NCBI GenBank assembly: GCA_964016885.1
Contig: OZ024740.1
Coordinates: 227,850,001-227,914,000 of the forward strand
Direction: 5' to 3'
Origin: Eledone cirrhosa
Taxonomy: Eukaryota
Length of the DNA: 64,000 nucleotides
Part shown: positions 42,520 through 56,209 of the stretch, in pieces
How the letters are laid out: every line of letters starts with the position of its first letter
Numbering within the stretch: the first letter of the stretch is position 1
Position numbers and translations under genes: made by a program
Notes under the pieces: model-generated
The model's input: only the letters and a program-made list of their open reading frames with translations
The model's database searches: none
Told to the model about the DNA's origin: nothing

Positions 42520-42885
42520 AGTCCCCTTTCAATGAATTTTGGAGTCATTGGAGTAACGTTACTCGATAGATTGCGTAGCTTGGAGAACAGAGAGTCACTC
42601 TAGGTAGAGTCGCTACTTCTCTGAGTTGAGAGATCGCAGCTCTGACACTATGAGCACGTAGTTAGAATGTCTCTGGAAAGAATCGTTGGACAGATTTTAC
42701 GGGCAAAACCAATCAGCTGGAGACCCAAGGGTAGACTACGAGCAAGATGGATGGATAAGATCCATGATCTCAACTGGTCTTGCTTAGGCATCCGGCCGGA
42801 TCAATTGAAGACAATCGCTTCTGGTATGACCTGCTGGAAGGTGTACGTGAGGACTTTGCACCCGACGACCCTCCCAGGAATAAAT
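42520..42885 (+). mobile_element. Decayed 3' end of a second RTE family (related copies at about 150-340 +, 25165-25270 +, 54685-55300 -)
   Basis: RPKGR.RARWMDKIHDLNWSCLGIRPDQL...W...RTL.P; shared ggatcaattg...gacc...tggaagg motif. Confidence 0.75.
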
Positions 42886-42983
42886 GTAATCCTCAGCGTA
42901 TTAGTTCTGCCAATCAGGAAGTAGAAAGTGTAAGACAAGAAGAGAGTCGTACATTATAAAAGAACATATTTTAAAATGTAGTC

Positions 42984-43056
<73 letters not shown>

Positions 43057-43063
43057 CGCGCGC

Positions 43064-43109
<46 letters not shown>

Positions 43110-43607
43110 AGGAGTGTAACGTGAAGTTACTGTAGGTTCACCCATCTGTAACAAGGTGTAAAGCTAAACAGACTGTAAATATAATAATACAAGGACGATT
43201 TATTATGACTCCATTACGTTTATTGATTGGTGATGCGCGTTTCGCTATTGATCAGCTCAAGGTTCGATCTGTATCGATCTAGCCTGACTCTGGAATCAAA
43301 AGCTCGCCATACCTCTGCTGTTGTAATGACAATATATATATATATATATATATATTAGTTGATAAATGAAACAAACTATAAATATATATATATACATACT
43401 ACTGTATGTCTGTATACATATATGTATGCACGTGTACATACTTATATTTAAGTAACAGCCGTACTAAGAGTGGGAAATGAAATTTCGTTTCATTTTTTCC
43501 GTTTATCGTTTTCGGTGCACCCGCCCGATTAACCCACTCGGTATGCAAATTGGGCTACTCAGCCGTTAAGGTAAGTATATACGTTCAACAATCTGGCAGG
43601 AAGGTAT

Positions 43608-43650
43608 ACGTTGCTGACGATAGCTAATAAGCTTGAAACTAGTACAGCGT
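43608..43650 (+). ncRNA. Type I minimal hammerhead ribozyme
   Basis: ACGTTG CTGACGA T AGCT AATA AGCT T GAA ACTAGT A CAGCGT; palindromic stem III ACTAGT. Confidence 0.85.
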
Positions 43651-43875
43651 TCCTTTGTCAGTGTTGAACAAACGAGCAACGATGGTTGCTGGACACTACG
43701 GCTTAATACGGGATGTTTGTTTACAAACACACCGAGCATTATATTAAATGTTCGGTGAATCCATACGTACATATATATATATGTGTGTGCGTGTATGTAT
43801 ATATATATATACATACTACTGTATGTCTGTATACATATATGTATGTACGTATACATACTTATATATATATATATT

Positions 43876-43947
<72 letters not shown>

Positions 43948-44387
43948 ACAAGATTATGTCTGTTTATTGTGTACTCTCACTGTAAGAATATTTATTGTAC
44001 ATAAGTATTAAATTAACAGTAAAATCAAATGTGTCGATGCAAAGTTCATACCGTACACACGCCGTGAATATCTATCCAAAAGGCGATAATCCTCACCCCC
44101 ACTCCCGGTATACTTGAAGGTCAGTACTGTTTTGAATCTCATCGAACATGCTGTGCTTATAGCTTATCACATCGAACAACAAACACTCCGGGAGCTAGTT
44201 GGTATCCTATATCCGCTTAATCCAGTCGGGGGAAGGAGGGGGTCACGATTTTGAAGAGAATAAAAATTGCTGCATTGGATTAAGTAAACTGTAAAATCAA
44301 ATATGTCTGTGCGAATTCATATCGTTAGTTCGAAACTGTAGTGATTTCTGAAGGTTGATTGTTTGGGCGGGACTGTCCGTATTTCCG

Positions 44388-44436
<49 letters not shown>

Positions 44437-44863
44437 TAAAATAAGTTGGATTACTTTGAATAAATAATGAATGAATATTACATAATTTATCTACTAAATT
44501 TCGTGGCTGTTCATTAAATATATTTTATTACTTAGTTAAAGATTCACTTCTTTAAAATCTTCAAATGTCAACACTGCCGGTTACTGATCACTTAAATAAA
44601 TATTCATATATTTCTGTCTCTAATTTTCTCCTAATGCAGTTTATATATAATACCGTCTTTTTTTAAACGTATCATGGATTACGTTACTGATTACATAAGA
44701 CAGTGTAACACAGTCTTCGTTCAATTTCTGTGTATATTGTCAATTACGATTTTATTTGATCATATCTACATGCATATATACTTGCGTATAATATCAATAT
44801 ACACACTACACATGCTAGCAGAAAACCACACGAAGGGTGGTTTTTCTGCTAGTATATATAATT

Positions 44864-44924
<61 letters not shown>

Positions 44925-45789
44925 GTGTGTGTGTGTGTACATATGTATGTATATGTGAAGGAGGGAAAAGAGTCTAAATTTCGGACAGTAGGTTGCTGAC
45001 AATACACTGTCAAGCAAACAGTGTGACATTGTCATTATTGGGGTTTTATCCAGCAAATAGTTTTATTATATCCCTAATTAACGTGAGCAAAGTATTGATA
45101 TTGATTAACCAAGTGTATCGTATATCAATAGAAGTCAGAACAATTAACATCAAATACACGAGACACAATTCTTTTCTCAAAAAAAAACTATGACCGTGAC
45201 ATTATGCCTTTTCCCAATAATGGATTTTTACAATTATTTAAGGATATCAGATCCGCGTTTCCTTCGTCATGGATAATTGATTACATCCGTGTATTATTTG
45301 TATGGAAATGGGCGGTGGATTGGCAGTATCGGTAAAGCGTCGGACACCTTGCTTCACAGCATAGAGTTATGGTCCTTTACTTCAAATCCCGTCGAGGTTA
45401 GCTTTGCCTTTCATCCTTGCAGAGTAGATAAAATAAAGTACCAGTAATGCACTGGGGTAATTGCTGGCCTTGTGCCAAAAGTAGAAATAATTATTCGTGT
45501 GGAAAGGGGCGGTGGATTGGCAGTATCGGTAGAGCGTCGCACACCATGCTATGCAGCATAGAGTTATGGCCCTTTACGTTCTGAGTTCAAATCCCGCTGA
45601 GGATAACTTCAGCCTTGCGGGGTGGATAAGGTAAAGCACCAGTAACACGCTGGGGTTAATTGCTGGCCTTGTACCAAAAGTAGAAATAATTATTTGTATG
45701 AAAAAAATAACTGATTTTTCGTTTATTAAAAATAATTTCATATTTTTTTCACAAAACTTTTCATTTTCTACCAAAACTATTTCATTATG

Positions 45790-46085
45790 TATTTGGACAC
45801 TGACCAAGAAACTCACTCAGATGGTAGATGGGTGCTACACGAGAATGCTGAGGATGGCTCTGAACATTAATCAGTATACACTGAGGTTGAAGAACTCAGA
45901 GGTGTACCGAAGCCTCCCAAAGGTCAGCTCGAAAGTAACACAAAGGAGACTGAGGTTAGTTGGACATGCTCACCGACATTCGGAGTTGACACCGGCCTCT
46001 TGGAGATGCAGGTCATGGCAGCGATGAGAAAGGGCAGAGACCGCCGGAGAGAACTCGTCCATGGATCTCGGGATTTTTACCCATC
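45790..46085 (+). mobile_element. RTE-X-like LINE 3' fragment
   Basis: WTLTKKL...DGCYTRMLRMALN...LPKVSSK..QRRLRLVGH..RH. Confidence 0.75.
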
Positions 46086-46109
46086 CTAGGTATATATATA
46101 TATATATAT

Positions 46110-46320
46110 ATAAGAAAATAGACGATTTGTTATGTCTTCATTATGTTTATTGAGTAGTGACACGCGTTTCGCCATTACCACAGCAGAGGTCCGACGAACT
46201 TTTGATTCCAGAGTCGCGCTAGATCGATACTGATCGAACCTTGAGCTGATCAATAGCGAAACACGCGTCACTACTCAATAAAGTTAATAAAGACATAACC
46301 AATCGTGCTTTTTATTATTA
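46110..46320. mobile_element. Small inverted-repeat element beside (TA)n; partial second copy at about 43195-43330 on the opposite strand
   Basis: tttattgagtagtgacacgcgtttcgc ... gcgaaacacgcgtcactactcaataaa; the internal sequence is shared with 43235-43330. Confidence 0.7.
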
Positions 46321-46455
46321 TAATTACACTCTGCTTAGTTCTATACCTCTATATCGACTGGAAACTACGCATCGAGTGCTCACTCTGGTGAAGCTACTGT
46401 AACTGGACGTTACATTTCATATATATTTAGAACACTGGTTTAACCGCTTTACTTC

Positions 46456-46490
46456 CCTCCGAAGAAGAGATATTATCTCGAAAATTAAGG
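46456..46490 (+). ncRNA. Minimal hammerhead-like motif (U4C)
   Basis: CCT CCGAAGA A GAGAT ATT ATCTC GAA AATT A AGG; short stem I. Confidence 0.5.
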
Positions 46491-46604
46491 ACATTTAAAT
46501 AAATCTAAGGTAAAAGACAAATTGTCAACAATATCTTTTGCATTTGCATTCTTTATTCTATGTCTATACCTGCATTGTTTTGGCTTTATTATACATATAC
46601 AAAC

Positions 46605-46661
<57 letters not shown>

Positions 46662-47525
46662 ACCTTTTATAGCAATATAATTCACACCACATCATTGTTA
46701 TTCCACTAAACAGAACATAAAGTTATATATAACAGAAAAAGTTATATATAACAGAAAGTTATATATAGAAATGGCGACAAGGAAGGACATTTGACCACGT
46801 CTTGACCAAACAAAATGTAATATTTTCACCAAAAACTGCCTTTAAACACATGTCAGATGGATTACAATATTCATTATTACAATTACTTTGACTGTTCCCT
46901 GACTACTAGTACCAGTTTCAACATGGAATTATTTTAACGAAGTATATTTGATTTGATTTGATTTTCGCCAACAAACCACGTGTAGACATGGACGGGGAAA
47001 AAACAAAAAAAAAACAAATCACTACATCCCTTAGGGATCGCAGTAAGTACTTCACAAAATCTATAAACAACAATATACACACAAATCTATATACAGATAC
47101 ATACCACATGCATATACACACAAGTGAAAAGAAACCACACTATTTCGTGTGAGACACTATACCGGCCAATCTTACGTACATTTGTAAAATATTTCTGAAC
47201 ATTGACTTCGCTTCTAACCCACATACACCTTTTAATTATATATATATAATTATATATTCATGTGCAGATCTTGTTGCATACACACACACATAATACATAA
47301 GAAAACAGAAACAGAAATACAAAAACAAAACATAAACAAACATTTATCTCGTTAACTTACGCAGCATATTTATTTGTTTACATGCGCAGACTTTTGTACA
47401 CACACAATATTTAGGAAAACGGAAACAAAATACACACAAAAAAACAAAACAAAAAATAGACTTTTATTTCTATCGTAATCAAGTGTGCTAAACCTATATT
47501 GTTTACATTCTGTGTTTTTTTACAG

Positions 47526-48067
47526 ATGGGCAGAAATAACAAAATTGCCATGGTGATATCCATGGATGAAGTATGCGACAAAACTGGTCGATGTTCCAAA
47601 ATAGAACATTGCCCAGAAAATCACACCTGCCATATTTGTACTGAACCCGAAAACTCGTTCCGTAATCGCTGGGTCGAATGTGGAACCTGTCGCATCTCTG
47701 TCTGCCTTCAATGCGCCACAGGCTTCCGGAGGATCCCAGGCCAAAAAAAGAGACATCATATTGCTATGATGGATGGACTCTGGGAGATGGTCCAACTAAA
47801 ATCTTGGTCCTTTCAGTGCCTGGTCTGTGTGCCTGCCTCCACCAATGTTATTGAAAAACAACAACAACAAAAAATAAAACGATGACTGTATCTTCCTCTA
47901 CTATTGTTACTGAACAACGGCAAAAACCTATGACACTGGCTTCTGCTGCTATTCCTGTGGAAGAACATCAGAAACAACAACAACCCATGTCTTCTGCTCC
48001 CAGTACATCTCGACACCAACAACCGGCGACTGTGTCTTCCCCTACCATTCCCGTGGTGGAACATCAT

Positions 48068-48099
<32 letters not shown>

Positions 48100-48817
48100 A
48101 CAACAACAACAACAACAAAAACAACAACAACAACAACAACAAAAACAACAACAACAATAACAACAACAACAACAACAACCGACCAGTACAGATTTTGCAG
48201 AATTGCAACTAATGATTTCTGCTTTAAGAAGAGAAGTAATAGGAATAAAAGCAAGCATTCGGGTAGGACCCCACAATGAGGGGTCTTATCGGAATGCCTT
48301 GCTAAAGAATCTCCCTGTACCTCTTGCCGTATCTGGGCACACTGAGAAGACTGCGGAATCTGCTACCCATGAAGTAATTGCCATTGGGGTACCAGAGGAC
48401 AAGGCTGATCTTCAGGCATTTGCTGCCAGCTCAGCCAAAGACCTAGACTGTGTTCCCCCAAAGGGTGCTCTCCGCCTTGGTCGACCTGGTCCAAAACCCA
48501 GACTCATCAGGCTGTCTTTTTCGGACCCCGCTGAGGCAATTTCATATCATCTGGCCTTTGTTAAAGCTGGGCGCGAAAATAGGATTACCTTCCGAACACG
48601 CCCAGGCCTACCACCCCATGTACGTCCAAAACTACGTGCTGCAGCTTCCTTGAATCGGAACTCAGCACAACATGAAAGTTTTAGTATGCGTGATGATGGA
48701 CAGATCTGGAGGTTTGTTAAGGCTGGTGAAACGTGGAAGAGAGATACCAGCTGGTCTGAGTGTGCTCTACCCACAATAACTGGCAATGAAAAAACAGCAA
48801 CAACTCTGCGAAACTAA
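47526..48817 (+). pseudogene. CR1-type LINE ORF1 (PHD-like finger, poly-Q, RRM-like C-terminus), disrupted
   Basis: CHIC...WVECGTCRISVCLQC...FQCLVC; frameshift in the A-run near 47870; CAA>TAA at 48158; RLGRPGPKPRLIRLSF motif. Confidence 0.8.
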
Positions 48818-51633
48818 ACCAGAACAAACTGCCATCCTCTACACACCATCACAAACTGCAGGGTACAAATTGTTGTCCTTAAATGCTCGCAGTTTATGCA
48901 ACAAGATACATCTGTTTAACTCCTACGTCAGAAGCATCGACCCTGACTTCATCACAGTCACGGAAACCTGGGCACATTCCTTACTCTGTGATGGGGTTTT
49001 CAGCATTACTGGGTACAACCTTTTCCGCAAGGACCGCATTAATCGCCGTGGTGGTAGTGTGATGGTCTACGTTCGTTCAAACTTTTCGGTAATTCCTTGC
49101 GTTGATTTGAACGAATCACAAGAATTTTTTTTTTTTGTGACATACGTATGACCATGTCAACACTTCTACTTGGTGTTGTTTATCGCCCCCTAAACTACCA
49201 TCAGGACACACAGCTTTGCGATATCTTCAGAGCTGCTGCCAGGAAAACAGCCACTTATGTGTTTATTGCAGGTGACTTCAATCATCCTGAGATCGATTGG
49301 GAAACCTTTCGTTGGCCACAAAGTGCAAACAACTTCCTTGAGCTAGTGCTGGACTCAAACTGGTCACAAGTAGTCACCTCTCCAACAAGAGGTGACAACA
49401 CTTTGGACCTGATCTTCACCACTACTCCTGAAGTGGTTATCAGTTGTACTACTGAGGAACCTCTAGGCGACTCTGATCATGCTATGATCATTGCCAATCT
49501 GGCTCTTGTGGGCAGCAACAAAAACCAGAACCATCTCCAATCTGCTTGCTTTGATTGGAAGAAAGCAGATTGGAACTTGTACTGCACTGAGCTACAGCGC
49601 CCAAACTGGCATGAGTTCTATAACTGTGGAGATGTGAACACTATACTCCAGAGCATCCTGGACTCAATATGGATAGCGTGTGCAGCATCGGTGCCACGTA
49701 AGCAGAAAAAAACCATCCCAAAAATGCAATTTGGGAAACTTCAGCGGTCCGACTTGCCAGGAAAGAACGTCGGAACGCTGAACGGGAATATAAACTGCAT
49801 AAATCAGATGCCAACAGAAAAAAGCGGAATAAATCTTCCAACCATCTCAAGCAAGTGACAAAAAAGGCAGTACTTGAATTTGAACAGTGCATAGCAACCA
49901 ATCCTGACAGTAAGGTGTTCTGGAAATAAGTTCATTCAAAGCAGAGACCTCACTCTCCAGTTGGTCCTCTTCGCAATCCCCACACAAGCCAGTTCACTGA
50001 CGATCCCAAAGAATGCGCAGAACTCATTGCTGAGTGCCTTGCAAGCAGTTTTACTGTTGAAAACCAGAATGTACCATCACCACAATCTCTAACATCAAAT
50101 TCCATAAGAACTATCGAATTTACACCTGCAATGTTGCGACGTCACCTTAAGAATAAGCGCAACTATGCCTCCCCTGGTCTTGATGGTGTTACATACCTGC
50201 TTCTCAAACGTGGCGGGTACTTCCTTTTGCACCAGCTTTCTTTCTTCTTTCAATACTGTCTCAACAATGGTGCTACTCCGGAGCAGTCGAAAACTGCCAG
50301 TGTCATTCCCCTGTCCAAAAAGGGTGACCGCACGTCACCTGTGAACTATCGTCCAGTCAGTCTTACTAGCTGTATTGCCAAACTGATGGAATCCTGTGTC
50401 AGAGAAACACTTTGGAACTTCTGGAGCTCTCACAGCCTCATCCGGCCCTCGCAGTTTGGATTTATCCCTAACTCCAGCTGCTGTGATCAGCTTATCGAGT
50501 TCCTTGAAGACATTACCCGGATCACTGACAACAGCTCATGGGTGGATGTTGTTTACCTTCACTTCGCTAAGGCTTTTAATTATGTACCACACAAAAGACT
50601 TATGACAAAACTCTCTGCAATGGGTGTGAGGGATAATATTTTTAACTGGTTGAAATCCTTCATTCCCAGCCGAAAAGAGGTAGTCACGGTTCTAGGACAG
50701 CATTCTTCACCATATGAGATGTCATCTGGTGTTCCACAGAGATCTGTTCTTGGTCCCCTTTTGTTTGTGGCATATATTAATGACATAGATGCCAACTTAA
50801 AGAATGCCACGGTACTGAAATATGCAGATGACATCAAGCTGTACCTTGAAATCAAAAGGAATGATCCTGAAATCTACAACTCTTTCCTACAATCAGACCT
50901 GGACACAATGCAGCAATGGATCACAGACTGGCAACTGAAGCTGGCTGTGGACAAGTGTACCACCATGCATTTTGGGAGGAAAAATCCAGTGTCCGCATAC
51001 TCCCTCCACAACACTGATATCAAGAAGTCCTCTTGTGAACGTGACCTGGGCATTACTGTCAGCAGCGATTTGCGTTGGACAAAGCATGTCTCTAAGATTG
51101 TCAAGAAGGCCAAGGGTGTCTTGGCATCACTCAGCAAGACCTTTGTTAGCCACTCTCCAGCCATCTATTTAAAGCTATATACAGCTATGGTACGACCACA
51201 CTTGGAATTCGCATCATCAGTCTGGAACCCCTTTCTTGCTCAGAACATTGACCTCCTGGAAACTGTTCAGAGACGTGCAACCAAGCGCATACCCTCCATC
51301 AGACACCTACCATACTCTGAACGCCTTGCTTCCCTGGGCATGGATTCATTGAAGCTCCGACGTCTGGCAATGGACTTAGTAAACACCCACAAAGTTATTA
51401 ACCATCTCGCCAACAACAACCCTGAGCACCTTTTTGATCTCCATGTGTCTAACACACGTGGACAAGCCTACAAAATCAGAAAACAGCACAGCTCCCATGA
51501 CTTTCGGAAACATTTTTTCACACTCAGAGTTGCTGAAGCATGGAACAAACTGCCTGTGTCAGTTGTTAGCTGCCGAGACACTGCATCCTTTAAAACCCTC
51601 ATGCTTCCCGAAATTCGCCAAAGCTATACCTGA
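48786..51633 (+). pseudogene. CR1-type LINE ORF2 (APE endonuclease plus reverse transcriptase), disrupted
   Basis: LNARSL, VTETW, GDFNHP, LDLIF, SDH (APE); NYRPVSLTS, QFGF, SGVPQ.SVLGP, YADD, ERDLG, VRPHLE, F..RV...WN.LP. Frameshifts near 49130 and 49710; stop at about 49928. Confidence 0.93.
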
Positions 51634-51814
51634 CGTACCTCTTCCATACACATGCACACATGTGTATATCATGACTCATGCACTGTTCATTTTCCTGGCG
51701 TTTGTACATTACCCTATGTACTATACATACACTTTTTGATGAGTTGTAGTGCACCTGAGCACTGTACACAATATTTCATTATTATATATATACCCACTTT
51801 TTTGGTATCATTTT

Positions 51815-51898
<84 letters not shown>

Positions 51899-52108
51899 CG
51901 TCTTTTCTGTGTGTAGATTTTATTTTTATTTCTATATTCTCTAATTTGCCCTTATGTTCTATTTTAGCATGTTGGTAGAGTACTGATGATTCTTTTCTAT
52001 CTTGAAGCTCTCGCCAGTGTTCATTTAAGCACACAACACACACACACAAAAACAAGATGGCGTAGGACAGAACAAAGGAGAGGCACAAAACAAAGGAAAG
52101 AATCCCCA

Positions 52109-52151
52109 GTCACTGAAGAGGTCACAGAATGTGTGACGAAAGAACTTTGAC
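52109..52151 (+). ncRNA. Type I minimal hammerhead ribozyme
   Basis: GTCA CTGAAGA G GTCAC AGAATGT GTGAC GAA AGAACT T TGAC. Confidence 0.8.
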
Positions 52152-52359
52152 AATATATGAACAACCGTCCGGTTGTGGAACCAACCAACCAACCGGAAAT
52201 TTATAAATTTCTTAAATTTATAATTTAATTCATAATAAATTGGAGTGAAAGTAACTGGTGCGTGTGTTTCTTATTGGCAATATGGCCCTCCCAAAGTATA
52301 ACAATATCAGTTTCAACACACGTTTTCAGATAAAGAATCTTGCTAAACAAATTCAGAAA

Positions 52360-52410
<51 letters not shown>

Positions 52411-52424
52411 GGGGGGGGTTATTA

Positions 52425-52527
<103 letters not shown>

Positions 52528-52960
52528 TATGTGTGTGTATATATATATATATTTATACTACGCAGCACGCTTATAAACAAACACTATTGTTATTGAACGG
52601 AAAATGACCGGCGTTTAAGTTTGTAATCTCTACCTAAATGGACCTGACGAACGAACGATGATAATTTAAGCGTGTAATGGCTTCCTCAAATTATTTATTA
52701 GACGACCTCCTCTACCACCCCCTACTCGCAAAAGAAAAGAAGAGAAAATACAACAATTATGTCAGTTTCATCATCTTCACTACAAGTCCGAGAAGATGAA
52801 TAGCACCATTAATTTTCTTAGGGCAAAACAATTGATTACTATGAAGTTATTTTAAAATTGATAAGGTCAATTGTTTTGTTTTCTATAAAGAGAGCGACTA
52901 ACTTCACCCGTTGGTTTTTTTATTCTCGTCTATCTTCTTTCTTTTTTTTCTCTCATTCTA

Positions 52961-52996
52961 TCTTCTAATGAAGGACTAATGTCCGAAATGTTAGGA
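52961..52996 (+). ncRNA. Degenerate minimal hammerhead (G5A)
   Basis: TCTT CTAATGA A GGAC TAAT GTCC GAA ATGT T AGGA. Confidence 0.55.
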
Positions 52997-53090
52997 CTCT
53001 TTCCGATTATATCGAACGTTAAACTAAAATAAATCATCATTGTATTGTTTTGTTCCACCGTGTTTTTCTTTGTTCACTTTTCTCGTACAA

Positions 53091-53177
<87 letters not shown>

Positions 53178-53369
53178 GGTTTGTTGGTTCACCACCGGAT
53201 AGAAGTGGTCATTCCGTATGGTCAATCTTGATGCAATATTATGGAAAGTACTCAACGTAGTGCAGTTCATCCGTCTTCGTTTGTGTAGTTGGTGGTGCGA
53301 ATACGGAGTTAATTATTATGAATAAAATAACAGGAGGCTGGACTGGTGTAAATCCTTGAAAAGTTTATT

Positions 53370-53427
53370 ATACTATGATCATTTCAATGACCGGGTTCCG
53401 TATGAATCCGGTGATATCATCAGGTAT
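53370..53427 (-). ncRNA. Type I minimal hammerhead ribozyme
   Basis: ATAC CTGATGA T ATCACCGG..CCGGTCAT T GAA ATGATCAT A GTAT; palindromic stem III. Confidence 0.85.
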
Positions 53428-54684
53428 TCGAAATATAACAAAGGAATATATAAAAAATCTATGGGTCCGAAAATCAGAGACAGAGAGGACGACTGACCAA
53501 CTAGCTGTTTTCACCTCCGTCAGTCGCCCTCAAGTGATTGCTATTCGGTCTACTAATGACCATCTGGTGAAGGGACGAAGGCTTATAGTGTACTACCACC
53601 TCTCCGTCAGAGAAGAAAAAAAGAGAAGAAAGAAAGAAAGAAAGAAAGAAGAAAAGTCAGCGTATTCCATCCGACAGCTGAAGCTATACATGAAGATTCC
53701 ATTAAAATTATTGGTGTAAGTGCTTCCGTAGGAACCGAGTTACACACTCTCAAACTCACCAAGTGAAAGTGCGATGCTTTAGATACGGACATATTCAAAA
53801 GTACATTAAATGAAATTAAAGTACTTCAAGAGAGAATTGAAACTGCGCCGCTTTTGTCACGAAATTGCAACTACTTTAAGTTTCTTTTTCTTTTTCTTTG
53901 TGTGTGTATGTGTGTGTAAAGTGGAAGGGGCATATATAAAAGCTCTGTAAAGGTAAATCGATTAATGCTTAAGGTGTTCCGCTCTTGATTTCACGTTGTT
54001 CGTGATCACTCAGCTGGAAAAATATGGTGCGCACCTGTATTTCTAAACGATCAGCCTTGTTACACATTGAGTCACGCAGAATCTCTCCAAGAACTACATT
54101 AAAGTACACGTGTCTGTGGAACTTTCAACCATTTTGCACGTTAAATTCAGCAGCAGACTGTTCCGTTGTTCGAACAACTGGAACGCTCATATTCAGAACC
54201 GACGGAGATCCAATACACACAACACACATAAACTCTCTGTGACTCAGTGAAGATAAGGAAATAAGATACTCGTCTTTTCTACCGACCTTAACATTATTGG
54301 TGGAGCAAAACACGAATAAGCGCCGGGAAATGAAAAGCCATATATGTTGTCTTTTGTTGTTGTTTGGCGGAAGTGAAGTAAATTGAAACCACATTAAGGG
54401 TTCTTCATAGCGGAAGCTTACCTTTTGCTAAATGGTAATCGTCTCGAACCGGTAAATATGTTGCCTTTTGTGTATACAAAAATACTATTTAAGAGTAAAC
54501 ACCCAAGATAGTTAAGAACATTAACAACAGCTGGACTATCATTATTTTCTATTCTCTTTAATATTCAGACTAAATATAATCGAGTTATGTGTTCTCTCAA
54601 TGGAACGTATACACCTTAGAAACATACTTTTACCTACAGAATAATGTGTTACTTTGATATAAATAAAAAGTTCTTCTCCCCCCA

Positions 54685-55300
54685 CTTATACCTGAAAGGT
54701 GGTGGGGGAAGAGTTCTCACGCACGCCTTCCAACGGGTCATGTCAGAAGCGACTATTTCCAATTGATCCGGCTGGATTCCCAAACTTGACCAGCCGAGCT
54801 CATGGATGTTATCCAACCATCTTGCTTGGAGTCTACTTCTGATTCTCCTGCCGACAGAGCCGGATTTAATGGAGAGCAAAGGGGCAACTACTCCGGAGCC
54901 TCTGCAATGGGAGGGGGGGGGGCACCAGCGACGGCCGTAGCAATTTATTTGTGCCCTCAGCTGGGCTTTTTAGTTTTAGGATGGTTAGAATTTTTGAATT
55001 TAATGCCTGTATGTATAACTTTTCAATTCCAATTAATTGCGCAATTACTTGGGAGGTTTGCTGTGTATTCTAATTCTAAATCCAACCCTGCCTGTCGGCT
55101 AGTTTTGCCCATAAAATCTTGCCAGGGATTTTTTCTTGAGACATTTTAACCACATATCCTTAAGCTGTGATCTCTCAATTCAGAGAGGTAGCGGCTCTAC
55201 CTGTAGCGACTCTCTGATTTCCGAGCTACGCAATATATCGAGTAACTTTACTCTAAAGACCCTTCGAAGGAACCTCATTTCGGCCGCTTGTATTCGTGAT
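54685..55300 (-). mobile_element. Decayed RTE 3' fragment interrupted by a MITE
   Basis: RLQARWLDNIHELGWSSLGIQPDQLEIVASDMTRWKACVRTLPP. Confidence 0.7.
54855..55090. mobile_element. hAT-like MITE inside an RTE fragment
   Basis: TIR CAGAGCCGGATTTA / TAAATCCAACCCTG; flanks cctgccga/cctgtcgg. Confidence 0.65.
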
Positions 55301-56209
55301 CGTATAAAACGTTACAGCATGTCACAAACTTGTACCTGTAGACAGTTTAATCTTGTTGTTTGAAGATTATTATATTTAATCTTAAATATAATTGATTTAG
55401 AACAAAATGTATTAGAAAGAATGTAAGTTTAATCTTTTTGTAACGTTCCTTGAAACCGGAAGTTTTACAAGAGGAAACGGAAGCTGTAACATATTAGTGA
55501 GGGAGAACAAGAAAAACAAAACGGCTCTAATTAAAACCTATTTCTGCTTCACAGTGATCACCATCTAATACATTTTCCGTGATCTTTTGTTTCAGGTATA
55601 TAAAATGGCCAGTAATAGTTTTTGATTTAGGCACAGTGCCAACAATTTTGGGAAGGGGAAAGTCGATTAAATCGACACCAATGCGTTACTGGTACTTAAT
55701 TTTATCGACCCTGTAAGGAGGAAAGGCAAAGCTAATCTCGGCAGAATTTGAACTCAGAACGTAAAGGGAAGTAACTATATACCGCAAAGCAGGTTGTCCG
55801 ACGTTCTACGATTCTACCAAACCACCGACCATAAAATGACCAGTAATAAAACGAAACTGAAAGGACTTTTCTCTCAAAAAGAATTTTGTAACATTTCTAT
55901 TTCAAGTTAGAATAGCTGTTTTGGTTGTTGTTACTGTTATTTTTATTATTAAACACATTTCTGTGCGTGTGACCACATGGCTTTCTGACTCCAGAAAATA
56001 TAAGTATTGTTCTTATGTATTAAAGTAAATAAACCACGAAATCGAATATGTCGTTTCAAGTTCGTATCGCTGTCTCTTCACGAAAGAAAATTTGTCTTTT
56101 AATTATAAACGATTCGCTACATTGCGCGCTCTGAGAATAGAGGCTGTGGAATACCCAAGAATTGGAAAAAACAAACAAACAGTTTCATTGGAAAATCGGT
56201 ACGGGTTCG

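Larger units (their letters stand above)
47526..51790 (+). mobile_element. Near full-length CR1-clade LINE; 5' UTR probably extends upstream toward about 46700
   Basis: ORF1, ORF2 and a short 3' UTR ending at a TA tract. Confidence 0.88.
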
